Part shown: positions 10,258 to 21,380 of the stretch, in pieces
Numbering within the stretch: the stretch's first letter is position 1
How the letters are laid out: each line of letters opens with the position of its first letter
Virus record (IMG/VR): IMGVR_UViG_3300025168_000003
Direction: 5' to 3' (one strand)
Source: an uncultured virus (IMG/VR IMGVR_UViG_3300025168_000003)
Taxonomy: Duplodnaviria; Heunggongvirae; Uroviricota; Caudoviricetes; Crassvirales
DNA: 64,000 nt
Notes under the pieces: model-generated
The model's input: the letters and a program-made list of their open reading frames with translations, nothing else
The model's database searches: none
What the model was told of the DNA's origin: nothing
Program-made: the position numbers and the translations under genes

Positions 10258-12162
10258 TTAAAGTCCAAAAACCTCTCGATTCTCCAACATTACTATTTCT
10301 ATTTCATTAGCTATAAATTGTCTATCATCAGCGCTTAATGGTAAGCTAAACTTTTTAACATTACCAAAACTTGTAAATTTTAATTTATTATTCGCGGTGT
10401 CATCAATATCAAACCCATCTATTTTTTTTGTAAGTTCTTGTAGAGTAATTAATTTATCTCCTAATTTTATTTTTTTTCTTAACAAACTAGGTATACCTTC
10501 ATCATCAGCTAATTGGCTAAAATCGCTTGCTAAATTAGAAGCAAAGTTACCAGCGTTAACCTCCTCCATATTAATTTCACTTGGGTTAAAGTGAATACCT
10601 TCTGTTAAACCTAGTATTCTTTTTAATTGCACAGCTCCTCTACTTCCTAGATCCGCGTCCTCTCCTCCTGGTATATAAATATTTTCAGCTATTATTTCAA
10701 ACTCACCACTAGCTAGTGGATCTGATTTTTTAATAGTATAATGATTTGGAGCACCTCCTCTTTCTACTTTCATGCCATTTATTTCTGTAGCTATAGTTAA
10801 ATCCCCAGCTAATATACCTCTATCAATCGTAGCGTTATCAGCCACACCAGCTCTTTCTGATGCAGTTAACTCACTACCATTACCACCACCACTACCTTTT
10901 CCATCTCCGGTTTGTGTTTCATTTTTAGTAACCAGTGGAGTATCTTTGTAATATATTCCAGGATTAAGCGGGAAACCATTAGCATCAAGATCTGATTTTA
11001 AACCTAGTGTTTCTAGTGTTTGATCTATTAAAATTCTAGACATTCTAGCTTTAATCTCTTGATCGACTGTGCGTTTTCCACTTGTAACAAATTCACTATT
11101 TTCTACCTCTTTTAAAAATTCTCCATAACTTTTAGGACCTGTTTTACTATCCATCATGCCTAGATTATATTCATAAAAGTTTTTAGCATCATTCAAGTCA
11201 TTCATAGCGCCGGCAACTTTTTTATTTGCTTCTTTAGTCATTTTGGGTAATGGTCCTATCTCCGGTAAACCTAGATTATAAGTAGTTCTTGTTTGAGCTG
11301 TAGAAGTTGTATTACTTTTTTTTCTAGAATTAACAGTATCAGAAGTAACTGTTTGTTCTTGATTTGTTATCAATCCCTGATTTAAACCACCGTTGCTGGT
11401 TATTAAATTAAAATTATCAGGTCCTAACATGGCTTGAAACTCTTGTGATATTTGAGGTATTTCCTGTATAAAATCATTGTCATCACTATCGTCTAACTCC
11501 ATCCATGCGTTAGCTGATATTGTTCTTGTAGGCATAATATTGCCATTACCATCTTTACCACTTACTTTTAAAAATAAATCATTTTTATCTTTATCGTAAG
11601 TTAAAGCTATATTAGCACTTGGCATTTTACCAGACATTGCGTTTATCAACCATTGATTTGCTTGTGGCTCATACAGAGCAGAGTCACCTTGCAATGCTAT
11701 TGTTTTACCTATGTTAGCATTTTTCTCTTGCCAATACGTTGTAACCTCGTCCCAGCTTGATGCAAAGTTAGTTGTTAAGTTTAACAAGTTTTGATAATTA
11801 GCTATTTCTTCTTTAGCTAGTTGTCTTTTTTTGTCATCACTAAAATCTGTCATTAAATACATTTGAGCCGCTGAAGCTACATTTATTCTATCTCTTAATA
11901 TAGCTGTTACTTCATTGTCTAAGCCGTCAGGTTTTTCTATTTTATCTAGCACCTGAAGAGTTTTGACTTGAGCCATATCAATATCATACTGCATTTTCTG
12001 CATGTTAGCTATTTGATTCTGGCGATCTCTTTCTTTTTGTAGTCTTACATTTTCTCTATTTGCTCTCTCTTGTTCTGACAAGCCCACTGCTTTATTGTAA
12101 GAATCAAAATAGGAATTTACTGGACTACCGCCCGATGGACCCGCTGGGTTTTCGTAACTCAT
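10258..12162 (-). CDS. Probable internal virion (ejection) protein, 634 aa
   Basis: Position between the pilot-like protein and the giant protein; N-terminal coiled coil. Confidence 0.55.
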   Translation of the reverse strand: MSYENPAGPSGGSPVNSYFDSYNKAVGLSEQERANRENVRLQKERDRQNQIANMQKMQYDIDMAQVKTLQVLDKIEKPDGLDNEVTAILRDRINVASAAQMYLMTDFSDDKKRQLAKEEIANYQNLLNLTTNFASSWDEVTTYWQEKNANIGKTIALQGDSALYEPQANQWLINAMSGKMPSANIALTYDKDKNDLFLKVSGKDGNGNIMPTRTISANAWMELDDSDDNDFIQEIPQISQEFQAMLGPDNFNLITSNGGLNQGLITNQEQTVTSDTVNSRKKSNTTSTAQTRTTYNLGLPEIGPLPKMTKEANKKVAGAMNDLNDAKNFYEYNLGMMDSKTGPKSYGEFLKEVENSEFVTSGKRTVDQEIKARMSRILIDQTLETLGLKSDLDANGFPLNPGIYYKDTPLVTKNETQTGDGKGSGGGNGSELTASERAGVADNATIDRGILAGDLTIATEINGMKVERGGAPNHYTIKKSDPLASGEFEIIAENIYIPGGEDADLGSRGAVQLKRILGLTEGIHFNPSEINMEEVNAGNFASNLASDFSQLADDEGIPSLLRKKIKLGDKLITLQELTKKIDGFDIDDTANNKLKFTSFGNVKKFSLPLSADDRQFIANEIEIVMLENREVFGL

Positions 12163-12179
12163 ATTTGTATTTTTTTATA

Positions 12180-12902
12180 TTAACCTTTTGGTGCAAATGG
12201 ATTACCCATGCTTCCGGCTATACCACCTATAGCGCCGAATAAAGCGCCTGTTGCGGCTTCTCTAGCTCTACCGGCTTCTCTTTTTTCACCGTATGCTCTA
12301 TCAGCAAGACCAGCTACTCTATTCATTTTAGAAACTTCGCGTGATTCAACAGTGTTAAATTTAAACGCTCTACCTTGAGCATCTGCTTGTTGCATTCTTT
12401 GACCTTCTGATATATTAATGTTTTGTATTCTTTGACCTTCAGCCATTTTCATTTGCTGCATTTGTGATTCTCCAGCTGCTCTCATTTTTTCATTTTGAGC
12501 TTCTTGAGATTCAATACTAGCCGCAACACCTTTTTTACTTTGCAACGCTGCTTGGGCTAAAGCTGTAGCACCACCGGCGCTAGCTCCTGTAGCTCTTAAC
12601 GTATCAAGAGTGTTAGCTAGAGATATATCAGCCTCTTCAGCTTGCATTTCTGCAGCCTGAGTCGCAACACCTAAATTAGCATAAGGGTTTGTTATCATGC
12701 TAGATAGATTCTCTGCTAAACCGCTTAGGTTAGTAAAGTTATCATATGGATTTATAGCAGGCTGTCTGCTATCCTCCAAACTTTTTAACTCTGCCTCTCG
12801 GCGTTTTTGCTCACGTGAGGCACGTCTTTGAGCTCGTCTGGCTCTTCTACCAGCACCTATTGCTCCGACTGCGCCAACAACGCCTTTAGCTACTCCTCCC
12901 AT
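12180..12902 (-). CDS. Probable DNA ejection/pilot protein, 240 aa
   Basis: Gly/Ala-rich hydrophobic termini and Gln/Ala-rich helical core, typical of podovirus pilot proteins. Confidence 0.6.
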   Translation of the reverse strand: MGGVAKGVVGAVGAIGAGRRARRAQRRASREQKRREAELKSLEDSRQPAINPYDNFTNLSGLAENLSSMITNPYANLGVATQAAEMQAEEADISLANTLDTLRATGASAGGATALAQAALQSKKGVAASIESQEAQNEKMRAAGESQMQQMKMAEGQRIQNINISEGQRMQQADAQGRAFKFNTVESREVSKMNRVAGLADRAYGEKREAGRAREAATGALFGAIGGIAGSMGNPFAPKG

Positions 12903-12904
12903 AG

Positions 12905-13303
12905 TTATGCATATTTGTATATTATAGAGTGCTTATCTTTAAGCACGCTGTACTTTAATTTTTTTACCTTACTTATAATGCCTTCTTCTTGAGATGTGGC
13001 CCAAACAAACTTACAGCCAATGCTTAAAGCGTGATTTACCATGTAATCAATTAATTCAGTTATTATAGTGTTTCTGTCTTTTTCTCTATACTCTTTGTTA
13101 GATATAACAAAATCTACATAAGCTATTCTAGCATTTGTAAAGTATAAATATCCCGCCGCAACAGGCACATTATCTTTAGTGGCAATATAACCACCTGTGC
13201 TTTTATTGGGCAAATAATCAGGATCAGGTATGGGTTGTCCCCAGTCTAACCACCACTGACTTATAGTGTCAAAGTCAGCTTCTGTAATTCTTTTTATTTT
13301 CAT
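12905..13303 (-). CDS. GNAT-fold acetyltransferase-like protein
   Basis: VAAGYLY...VDFVISNKEYREKD...LIDYMVNHA pattern; usual position between tail and ejection genes. Confidence 0.7.
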   Translation of the reverse strand: MKIKRITEADFDTISQWWLDWGQPIPDPDYLPNKSTGGYIATKDNVPVAAGYLYFTNARIAYVDFVISNKEYREKDRNTIITELIDYMVNHALSIGCKFVWATSQEEGIISKVKKLKYSVLKDKHSIIYKYA

Positions 13304-13313
13304 TTTATTATAT

Positions 13314-14807
13314 TTAATATGATGATTCTACGTAATTAGATGATACAGCAAATAATTCTTTAACACCGCCATTGTCTGTAGACTGGTCCGTTCTTATTGT
13401 AACCGTGCAGTAATAACCTTTTATACCTGTCATTGAATCACCAAAAACTACTTCAGCCTCTGATGGCTGTGTGTTGTTTATTAAGTTAGCAAAGTATTTG
13501 TTTTCTTTTCTATCAAAACCAGCAAACTCTCTTGGTAAACCAGGATTGGGTGTATTGAATACTGATTGAAAATCTAATCTATCTACGGCTTGCCCATCAG
13601 CAGGATTTATTACATACTCGCCCTCATAAAAGCTATTAACAACAGTTGTAATATCACTATAGTTTATGTAATTTGTATTAAACTCATCTGGTCCAGTAGA
13701 GTCACTTTGAAATTGAGTTATTTCCCAACCGTTACTACCTTCATAGTTTACTGTTTTAAAGTTTTTAGATAAACTAACTTTAGGATTAAATACAAAAGTT
13801 AAATACGAATCGTATTGAGTATTATAAAAGTTAGCTCTTAACCCAGTGTTGTGTTCCCATAAGTTTATGTAACCTGAGTTTGAATCTAGGCCTATAGAAT
13901 AAAATTTACTTTTTAAACTAAACATCCAACTAGGCGTATAACTATATTTACTAGGCCAACCTAAAACTGTTTCATCAAACCCTAAAGTTTGAGCACGAGC
14001 AGCAAATGGTTGCATCGAAACGGTGTATTGTTTTTGGTGCATATCCCAGCCACCTATAATCTTACCTGTGTTTCTGCTTGTTTGATTTACAGTACTTAAA
14101 TTATCTCTAAAATAATCAAACATACCATAGTTAGATATTTCTGTTATTCCGTCTTGAGACAACCTTATCATAGCGTTTCTATCCATGTCAGAAAAATATT
14201 TTCTATATCCGTAGACAGCAAAGCTTTCAGGATTTTTACTAATACCGTAATTACCAGCGTAAGGAACTATTTGACCTATAACCAAGCTTAGTTGACTAAC
14301 TGGAACGCCACCACCTTCTGCGGTATATATAGCATCTTTATCTATTAAAGCTCTACTTATTTTATTTTCCTGCATTATTATAAGGTTAGTATCTTCAGCA
14401 TATAGCCTTTGAATACTACCATTAGCTGGATCAGCTGCTTTAGTAATATCTGCACCAACGCTAAACACGTTAGTATTATTTATACCTGTTCTAGAATTAT
14501 ATATACCTGAGTATATTAAAGCATTGCTTCTTATAGCTCCTAATGGCTCATCTTCTACTAAATAAGCCTTTACACCAAAAGAAACTGAGGTATTATTGTA
14601 CCCTCCTCTTATTCTTGACTCTTCTATAGCCCAATCATTACCATCAACACTAACAGTTCCAAATCTTGGATAACCACCTATTTGTTGTGGTATACCTCTA
14701 GATCCGTCATAAACTGGATAACCCACGTCTCTACCTTGAGTAGTAGGATCATTAACTTTCTTTAATAAGAAGGTATTGAAATATTTAACTTCTATTATTG
14801 CAGCCAT
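13314..14807 (-). CDS. Tail stabilization/nozzle protein, second part (497 aa)
   Basis: YGISKNPESFAVYGYRKYFSD...IRLSQDGITEISNYGM beta-propeller-like motifs; KENKYFA. Confidence 0.65.
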   Translation of the reverse strand: MAAIIEVKYFNTFLLKKVNDPTTQGRDVGYPVYDGSRGIPQQIGGYPRFGTVSVDGNDWAIEESRIRGGYNNTSVSFGVKAYLVEDEPLGAIRSNALIYSGIYNSRTGINNTNVFSVGADITKAADPANGSIQRLYAEDTNLIIMQENKISRALIDKDAIYTAEGGGVPVSQLSLVIGQIVPYAGNYGISKNPESFAVYGYRKYFSDMDRNAMIRLSQDGITEISNYGMFDYFRDNLSTVNQTSRNTGKIIGGWDMHQKQYTVSMQPFAARAQTLGFDETVLGWPSKYSYTPSWMFSLKSKFYSIGLDSNSGYINLWEHNTGLRANFYNTQYDSYLTFVFNPKVSLSKNFKTVNYEGSNGWEITQFQSDSTGPDEFNTNYINYSDITTVVNSFYEGEYVINPADGQAVDRLDFQSVFNTPNPGLPREFAGFDRKENKYFANLINNTQPSEAEVVFGDSMTGIKGYYCTVTIRTDQSTDNGGVKELFAVSSNYVESSY

Positions 14808-14810
14808 ATA

Positions 14811-14840
14811 TTATTATCACTTGTTTTTTTAATAAATTAG
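14811..14840 (-). promoter_or_regulatory. Class B promoter motif (CTAAT-N12-CAAGTGAT-AATAA)
   Basis: Matches the motif at 55453, 46205 and 40349; directly upstream of the ATG at 14807. Confidence 0.55.
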
Positions 14841-17800
14841 GTTAAAGGAGTTTGAGATCCAAGTGTTACAGCGCCACTTGTGTCTATATCCATTGTCCAC
14901 TGTCTTAACTCTTGATTGTTTCTGTTGCTTTGACTATTAGAAGCGTTGGTTTGAGAGAACTCAAAAGGCCATTGAGTATATTCCGTTCCGCTGTTCCAGT
15001 TACCAGCCATGCTCCAGTTTGTTCCATTAGTAGCGGGAGTCATTACATAATAAGTACCACTATATGAAAGATTTGTTGGTATAGTTAAAAGTTCTGGATC
15101 TGTATAAAACTGAGTAACGTATCTAAACAAAGGCTCTTTTGCATAATAAGTATTACCAAAGTTAGGGCTAGAGTTTGAATTAACTATATATTTAAAAGCT
15201 CTATTAGGCCCAAAGTCATAATAAAAATCACCCCATTTTACATCATATTTATCTTGACCAAAATTTGTAAAAGTACTATTTGGATTACCTGTTCCAAGTT
15301 GTTGATTTCCACTACACAAAGTGTCATTGCACTCCCATTGATTAGTAACTAAGTTTTGCGTAAGTATTCTATATTCTCCAGGTATATCAAAAGCAAAAAC
15401 TCTAGACGCTACACATTGGTAACTAGCGCCCCCAGAGGTGGTTTTACCATTAATTCTAACCATCCAATTACCATCTAAATTACTTAGAATTTGTTGAGGA
15501 TATTGGTTGTCGTATTCCATTTGTCCAAGATTAAAATTAGATGGACTGTTATCGTGTCTCCAAGTTCCTTTAGATTGATTGCTTAATGAAGTACCTCCAC
15601 ATATATCTCCGTTTAAATCTACAGCTGGAGTCCAAGGTTGAAACCTGTTTAATCTATAATCTATATTAAATCCTCCAAAAACATACTTAACCGTATTGAA
15701 ACTATTAACTCCTGAATTACCAAAACCATCACCGCCAATTCCACCGTCATTAGTACCTGATGTGTCACAAAAAGTACCAGCGTTTGATCCAGTCATAGCA
15801 ATACCAATATAAGCTGTTCCTTCTTGTATACCTTGTTTATTTATGTATCCTTGCCCAGCTGGAGGTGCTACCCATGTAGCTGTGTTTGTGTACCTAGCAT
15901 TTGTTGAATTATTTGGAACAACTTGTTTATTACAGTCAGCTGATCCTTGGGTTTGACTTACACTTCCATAAGAAGGAGATGTAGGCGCAACCAACTGGCC
16001 GCTAGATCCCGTTCCACTTAAAGGAGGTATTTGTGAAAACCTTTGAGCACCACTAAGTGCACTAGAGTTCCAACCCTGCTGATTATTAATAAACAAAAAA
16101 GTGCTTGCTTCTCCAACATAATTACCAAAACCACCTATGGTTTGTCCTTGAAAAGCGCCAACTAAAGGTGTTTCACCAAATATATACTGTGAAGTACAGT
16201 CTACAAATAAACCACCTGAATCACTACATCTTATAGTCATAGTATAAGAACCTATAGCTGTCCCGTTTTGTATCAATCTACCGTATCTTTTTCCAGTTGC
16301 AGGGTCTTGATAATTACTTATACTAAAAGGCCCGCATGAGCTACTACTACTACAAGAGCTAGTAAACCCAGGCCCACCAAGAGATTCTATAGTCCATGTC
16401 AACGCATCCTCATACATTAAATTTCCATTTTGTAAAGGAACTAAATTGTTTACATTTGAACCGTTATCGCCAATAAAATCAACCATAGGTAGGTTAGCAC
16501 CTGTAGGAGTTGAGGGACCTGTTGGCCCTTGCCCCTGCTGGAACGCAAAGTTAAATTGATTTTGACAATTTTTTATAATAGGTGTTACGTTAAGAAGTTG
16601 ATTATTACCTATGGTAAATACAGTGGGAGTTGTTGGGTCTCCATTTGAATCTACAGGAACACCAGCGGCATCTGTTTGTTGTAATGAGAATTGAAACGTA
16701 TAATTATTAGCTGGACTATTAAAGCCATCATGTAAAAAATATTTATCTTTTGTGGCTAAGTAATAAGTGTCTTGTGGATAAGCAGCTGCACTATTGTCTA
16801 GCATTGCATCGCCTTTTGCAACTCTTATTATTTGAAAGTGATCCGTTACATCTAAATTATTATTATCTGTAACTGAAAATAGTTGACCATTGTTAGCGTC
16901 TAAACCTATTCTTGAATATTCTAAAGCACTACCACCAGCGTCTATAGGCCAGAAGTTACCATTTATATTTAACTTAGATATTCCAGCAAATTTTATTTCT
17001 GTACCCGGCGAAGGAAAAGTTCCTCCACCTATTATTGTTACTCTCCAATAGTTAGGTTGGTCTACTACTTCAGAAACTATAGCTGTTGTACCGTTAGCTC
17101 CTATAGCAGTAGTTCCAACAAGTTTTGTGCCATCACCTTGAAAAGCAGTTTTTTCAAATCTAGCTACAGTTTGAGCTGGTTGAGCTTGTGGTCTGTCATA
17201 AACATCGCCTAGCCCTTGTAGACCTGGAAATAAATTTGAAGGAATTACGTTCCCATTGTTATCTAAAAATGGAGCTGGATTAGGTACGTTAGGGCCTAAT
17301 GTTATTTCTCCATTGTATAACACAGCATCTTCTCTTAATAAAAAGTTAAAACCTTGTAAACCACTAGCTATAGATGTATTGTTTTCTACAACATAATTTA
17401 AATCTTGTATTAAACCAGCTGTTGTTGTTTCGTAGTATATATCTATTCTAGATATTGTAGGTTCAGTTTCATAAACAGCTAAAAAAGGTGTCATTGCGCT
17501 ACTTACTTGACCGATAGTACTAAAAGTACTTAATCTAGCTATGTAAGGCTGAGTATCTATTTGATATAAGTTATCTTGACCGTCGCTGCTTAAAGTTTCA
17601 AATACCATGTTTGAGTCTGTGGTAGTACCTATATTAACAACTGTGTCTGAATTTCTGCCAGGGTAATATTGCTGATTACGATTACCTACTATAATTACAC
17701 CACTGCCTTGTAAGTTTGTAACTCTACCGAATAATCTTACAGAACTTCTAAACTGTCTTTGCTCTGGTCCTACCTCGTTTAAATCTCTAGGTATTTTATT

Positions 17801-19855
17801 TATGTTATCATTAATTAAAACAATATTAGCTGTGTAACCTTCTTCACCTGTTGGAAATGGAACGTAGCCTGGTGCTCCAGTGTCTTGATCTGGATAACCA
17901 TTTAATATACCCGGTAGGTATACATTATAATAATCTTGTTCGTTTTGTTTTACTACTATTTTATAGGAATACCAACCTAGTGGATTGTAGTCATCACTTG
18001 TATCGTCACCATTGTAAACACCTGGATAAAAATTAGTATCATCTAAAACAGGTTCTACTGGTATAACATTATTAACATTAACTTTTAAAGAATCACCAGG
18101 CCAAACAGACGCTGCTGGATCTTGCTGTGGAGGAGCTGGATTTCTATATGGATTAAAAATAGTAGACAAGCTACTAACAGAGTCACTACCGTCGTTAGAT
18201 AATATAGTAGTAGATGATCTACCATATCTGTCAGATAAAACAAAACCAACTTGATAATTTCTATTTTGTTTTAAAGAGTGGTTAGGATACTCTATAATAC
18301 TAGTAGTGTATTGTACTGGTGTTTGATCAGGTGTGCTTTGGTCATCTATATTAAAAGTAGACTTTGGAGTAACATTAACATTATAATCTATAGAACTCGG
18401 TGGTGAGTGTTTTGTTTGAAAATTACTATATACTATTCTATTGCTTATTATTTCTTGACCAAAAGCTTTAACAGGTATTTTATCATAAACCCTAACAATT
18501 TCATCACCAGGTAACGTTTGAAAAGGTTTTGTAGAATTGTACATGTATTCAAAAATATTAGTAGAGCCTGCCACAGCCGCAACTGTAGAAGCTGGAATAG
18601 TATCAACTACTTGTATTGCTTGAGCATCAGATTCTTTGTATAATATTTGTAACTCTTTTAATTTTAAAGCTTTTATTAAGTTATCTCCAATAAAAGGTAG
18701 TTGTACTCTAAGACCTATTTGATTGACTTTGTTTTCCATAAACTGAACAACCGTACTTCTATAAGCGTTCTCCATGTCTTCAGATAAAACAATAGGTGGA
18801 TCGTCAAAAGAACGTTCAGCTAAAAAATAACCATCTTGCTTAGGTATAAAACACTCTTGAGTGTAAGGTGCCATTATAGAATAAGTATTGTCTTCAAATT
18901 GAAACCTATAACTAAACCTAGCGAATATATCTGTTAAATAATCTGGATCACCTTGAAATAATTCGTTATAATAAGGATTCGCACCAAATTTATACTCAGC
19001 CCCAGCAGTGTATGTATTACTTACATTTGTATCAAAAGTGATTTCATTTAAAGGGCTTCCTGCTCCAGGAAATGTTATAGCCGTAATATTTGCTTCTGTA
19101 AAACCAACCTGATCCGAAATTAATCTATCACCAAGCCTAGGAACTCCTTGTATACCCGCTGGATCACAAGCAAAACTTGTTCCGGTATTTGTTAGGTTAG
19201 GTGTTAATTGACCTCCTCCTGGAAAAAACTCATCAACAACATCCTTCATTGTTGTTTCATAAAAACCCGGAGCTAAAGCGCTTTCTTGCCAAACATCTAT
19301 AGGTTGATATGGATTATAAGAAGCCACCGATATTTGGTCTTCACTAGTGTAATAAGAGCTAGGTTTTGAAACATCTATTCTTCTTGGTTGATTTCTATTG
19401 TCTGTCCAAAATAATAAATTTTCTATAAGATTAACTCCATATATAGGATTGCCTTCATAGAAATTTAAATACCTACCTTTAAGTCTAATTACTGGACTAG
19501 CTGGAGTTTGATTCGTTCCCTCTAATACATTATAGCTAACCACAAAATTATTAGCTGTAGGTTTGTAAACACCTTCTGGGTTGGTTACTTTGAAATTATC
19601 TGTTAAAAAGAAAAATATAGTATTAGTATCTTCTGATCTCAAATAGCCTATGCAAATAACATCAACACCTAAAAAATTATAAAAATCTATAACACTTTCA
19701 TTACCTACTATGTTTTCTAAAGCACCTACGTCTGAAGACTCTGATTTACTAACAGCTATATTCATAGCGTCTCTGTACTCTCCACTAGGTAGTAATCGAT
19801 CGTCTAAGTCTTTGTTCATCTTAGACTTTATGAAAACATTTTTAACTTCAGCCAT
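14837..19855 (-). CDS. Tail stabilization/nozzle protein, first part, with large Gly/Asn/Thr-rich appended domains (1672 aa)
   Basis: N-terminus KMNKDLDDRLLPSGEYRDAMNI, LFWTDNRNQPRRI, RFSYRFQFEDNTYS, SLKQNRNYQVG. Confidence 0.7.
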   Translation of the reverse strand: MAEVKNVFIKSKMNKDLDDRLLPSGEYRDAMNIAVSKSESSDVGALENIVGNESVIDFYNFLGVDVICIGYLRSEDTNTIFFFLTDNFKVTNPEGVYKPTANNFVVSYNVLEGTNQTPASPVIRLKGRYLNFYEGNPIYGVNLIENLLFWTDNRNQPRRIDVSKPSSYYTSEDQISVASYNPYQPIDVWQESALAPGFYETTMKDVVDEFFPGGGQLTPNLTNTGTSFACDPAGIQGVPRLGDRLISDQVGFTEANITAITFPGAGSPLNEITFDTNVSNTYTAGAEYKFGANPYYNELFQGDPDYLTDIFARFSYRFQFEDNTYSIMAPYTQECFIPKQDGYFLAERSFDDPPIVLSEDMENAYRSTVVQFMENKVNQIGLRVQLPFIGDNLIKALKLKELQILYKESDAQAIQVVDTIPASTVAAVAGSTNIFEYMYNSTKPFQTLPGDEIVRVYDKIPVKAFGQEIISNRIVYSNFQTKHSPPSSIDYNVNVTPKSTFNIDDQSTPDQTPVQYTTSIIEYPNHSLKQNRNYQVGFVLSDRYGRSSTTILSNDGSDSVSSLSTIFNPYRNPAPPQQDPAASVWPGDSLKVNVNNVIPVEPVLDDTNFYPGVYNGDDTSDDYNPLGWYSYKIVVKQNEQDYYNVYLPGILNGYPDQDTGAPGYVPFPTGEEGYTANIVLINDNINKIPRDLNEVGPEQRQFRSSVRLFGRVTNLQGSGVIIVGNRNQQYYPGRNSDTVVNIGTTTDSNMVFETLSSDGQDNLYQIDTQPYIARLSTFSTIGQVSSAMTPFLAVYETEPTISRIDIYYETTTAGLIQDLNYVVENNTSIASGLQGFNFLLREDAVLYNGEITLGPNVPNPAPFLDNNGNVIPSNLFPGLQGLGDVYDRPQAQPAQTVARFEKTAFQGDGTKLVGTTAIGANGTTAIVSEVVDQPNYWRVTIIGGGTFPSPGTEIKFAGISKLNINGNFWPIDAGGSALEYSRIGLDANNGQLFSVTDNNNLDVTDHFQIIRVAKGDAMLDNSAAAYPQDTYYLATKDKYFLHDGFNSPANNYTFQFSLQQTDAAGVPVDSNGDPTTPTVFTIGNNQLLNVTPIIKNCQNQFNFAFQQGQGPTGPSTPTGANLPMVDFIGDNGSNVNNLVPLQNGNLMYEDALTWTIESLGGPGFTSSCSSSSSCGPFSISNYQDPATGKRYGRLIQNGTAIGSYTMTIRCSDSGGLFVDCTSQYIFGETPLVGAFQGQTIGGFGNYVGEASTFLFINNQQGWNSSALSGAQRFSQIPPLSGTGSSGQLVAPTSPSYGSVSQTQGSADCNKQVVPNNSTNARYTNTATWVAPPAGQGYINKQGIQEGTAYIGIAMTGSNAGTFCDTSGTNDGGIGGDGFGNSGVNSFNTVKYVFGGFNIDYRLNRFQPWTPAVDLNGDICGGTSLSNQSKGTWRHDNSPSNFNLGQMEYDNQYPQQILSNLDGNWMVRINGKTTSGGASYQCVASRVFAFDIPGEYRILTQNLVTNQWECNDTLCSGNQQLGTGNPNSTFTNFGQDKYDVKWGDFYYDFGPNRAFKYIVNSNSSPNFGNTYYAKEPLFRYVTQFYTDPELLTIPTNLSYSGTYYVMTPATNGTNWSMAGNWNSGTEYTQWPFEFSQTNASNSQSNRNNQELRQWTMDIDTSGAVTLGSQTPLT

Positions 19856-19861
19856 TTAATT

Positions 19862-21376
19862 TTAGTGTTTTATCCATTTAGATTTACCTCTCATTACTTG
19901 AGTAATTTCTTCTAATTTAATATTAGATAATCTTATTTTAGCATTTCTAAGTTTAGCATATCTTTCTTTTTTCAACCTCATAACTATGTACTCAGGTTGA
20001 TTAGCTCTAGTAGATATTATAGCGTGCAATATAGATGCATACATAGCTTCTTCTGCCATCTTAGGTACTCTAGTATCTAAGTCATATGCTAAACCATCAG
20101 AGATGTATTCTAAAATTATAACTCTATCTCTTAAGTTTGCTGAAAAAGATATTTTACCTTCTCTTTCATTTATATTGTACCAACCATTTGCGTTAGCATA
20201 TTGTGGATCCATACCATAAAGCTCACCCCATCCGGCATATAAACCAAATCCCCAATCGCCAAACTGTAACAAATAACCTAGCCAAGATTGATCTATTAAT
20301 TCGTTAAAATATTTATAGGCATTATTGTTCCAGCGATCTTCTACAATAGAAGTACCCGTTATATTAGTATCATACACATCTTGCATAGGAACACCTTTAC
20401 CATCTTGTAGCGGCATTCTGTAAGGACTTTGAGTAAGATTGTTAGTAGGATATATAGGGTGTTTTACACCTTGACTATCGTACCAACCTATGCTAACATG
20501 ATTAACATAATCTTGAGGCATTATTACACTTAAGCTGTGCGGTATAGTTAACTCTTGAGACTTGATACTTTTCAAAGTATCATAACTAAACTCTTGCATA
20601 GAGCGTTTAGCAAAAAATATTAGATCAGTTCTTTTTACACTAGGTATTAATTTACCGGCCCCAACATACGCAACTTGAAACGCGTTTATTATATCTTTTA
20701 ATTTAGTATAAGCATAGTTGCCATAGTTTTCTTCTACTACATCTCCAAAAGCTTTTTCTTGTAAGCTTGCACCATATTGACCTCCGTCTAATTTTTTAAG
20801 TTGAACAACTAAGTCTGAACTAGCAGCAAATGTATTAAACGGTATAAACTTTACATCAGCAATAGAATTCCCTCCGCCATACGTCACTGTTCCATAAATA
20901 GCTTGATCCCATGTACATTTATAGTTACCATTACTATCAACTACAACACTATTTATTATACCATAACTAACTTGTGCTGAACCTTGTGTCCATGTTACAG
21001 CACTGCCAGATAGTGTTATTTTATAACCTATTTGTGGTTCTATACTTCCAGTGTTTAGGTTAAACACTACAAAATTTTCTCCAGGTAAAGCTGCAGAAGC
21101 TGTAGTCGTTTGACCTTCTCCTGTAAAATTTATAACATTACCAACAACAGAATAAGGTATATTTGTTTTATGCAACTCTTCATAGCTTCCTGGAAGTCTT
21201 GTAGCACTATAATAAACTTTAAAGTTATTTTGATTGTATTGTATACTGGCTTTATCGTCAGTAAAGAACTTTAAATCAGTATCAAAAGTTGTGGTTATAG
21301 TTTCTCTCTGATTAGATGCAGCAAAACTTTGTGCACCCTCGTAATATTGTCTGTTGTTTTCTGTTACTAATGCCAT
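19862..21376 (-). CDS. Tail tube/ring structural protein (504 aa)
   Basis: MPQDYVNHVSI and ILEYISDG motifs; position in the neck/tail cluster. Confidence 0.55.
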   Translation of the reverse strand: MALVTENNRQYYEGAQSFAASNQRETITTTFDTDLKFFTDDKASIQYNQNNFKVYYSATRLPGSYEELHKTNIPYSVVGNVINFTGEGQTTTASAALPGENFVVFNLNTGSIEPQIGYKITLSGSAVTWTQGSAQVSYGIINSVVVDSNGNYKCTWDQAIYGTVTYGGGNSIADVKFIPFNTFAASSDLVVQLKKLDGGQYGASLQEKAFGDVVEENYGNYAYTKLKDIINAFQVAYVGAGKLIPSVKRTDLIFFAKRSMQEFSYDTLKSIKSQELTIPHSLSVIMPQDYVNHVSIGWYDSQGVKHPIYPTNNLTQSPYRMPLQDGKGVPMQDVYDTNITGTSIVEDRWNNNAYKYFNELIDQSWLGYLLQFGDWGFGLYAGWGELYGMDPQYANANGWYNINEREGKISFSANLRDRVIILEYISDGLAYDLDTRVPKMAEEAMYASILHAIISTRANQPEYIVMRLKKERYAKLRNAKIRLSNIKLEEITQVMRGKSKWIKH

Positions 21377-21380
21377 TTAA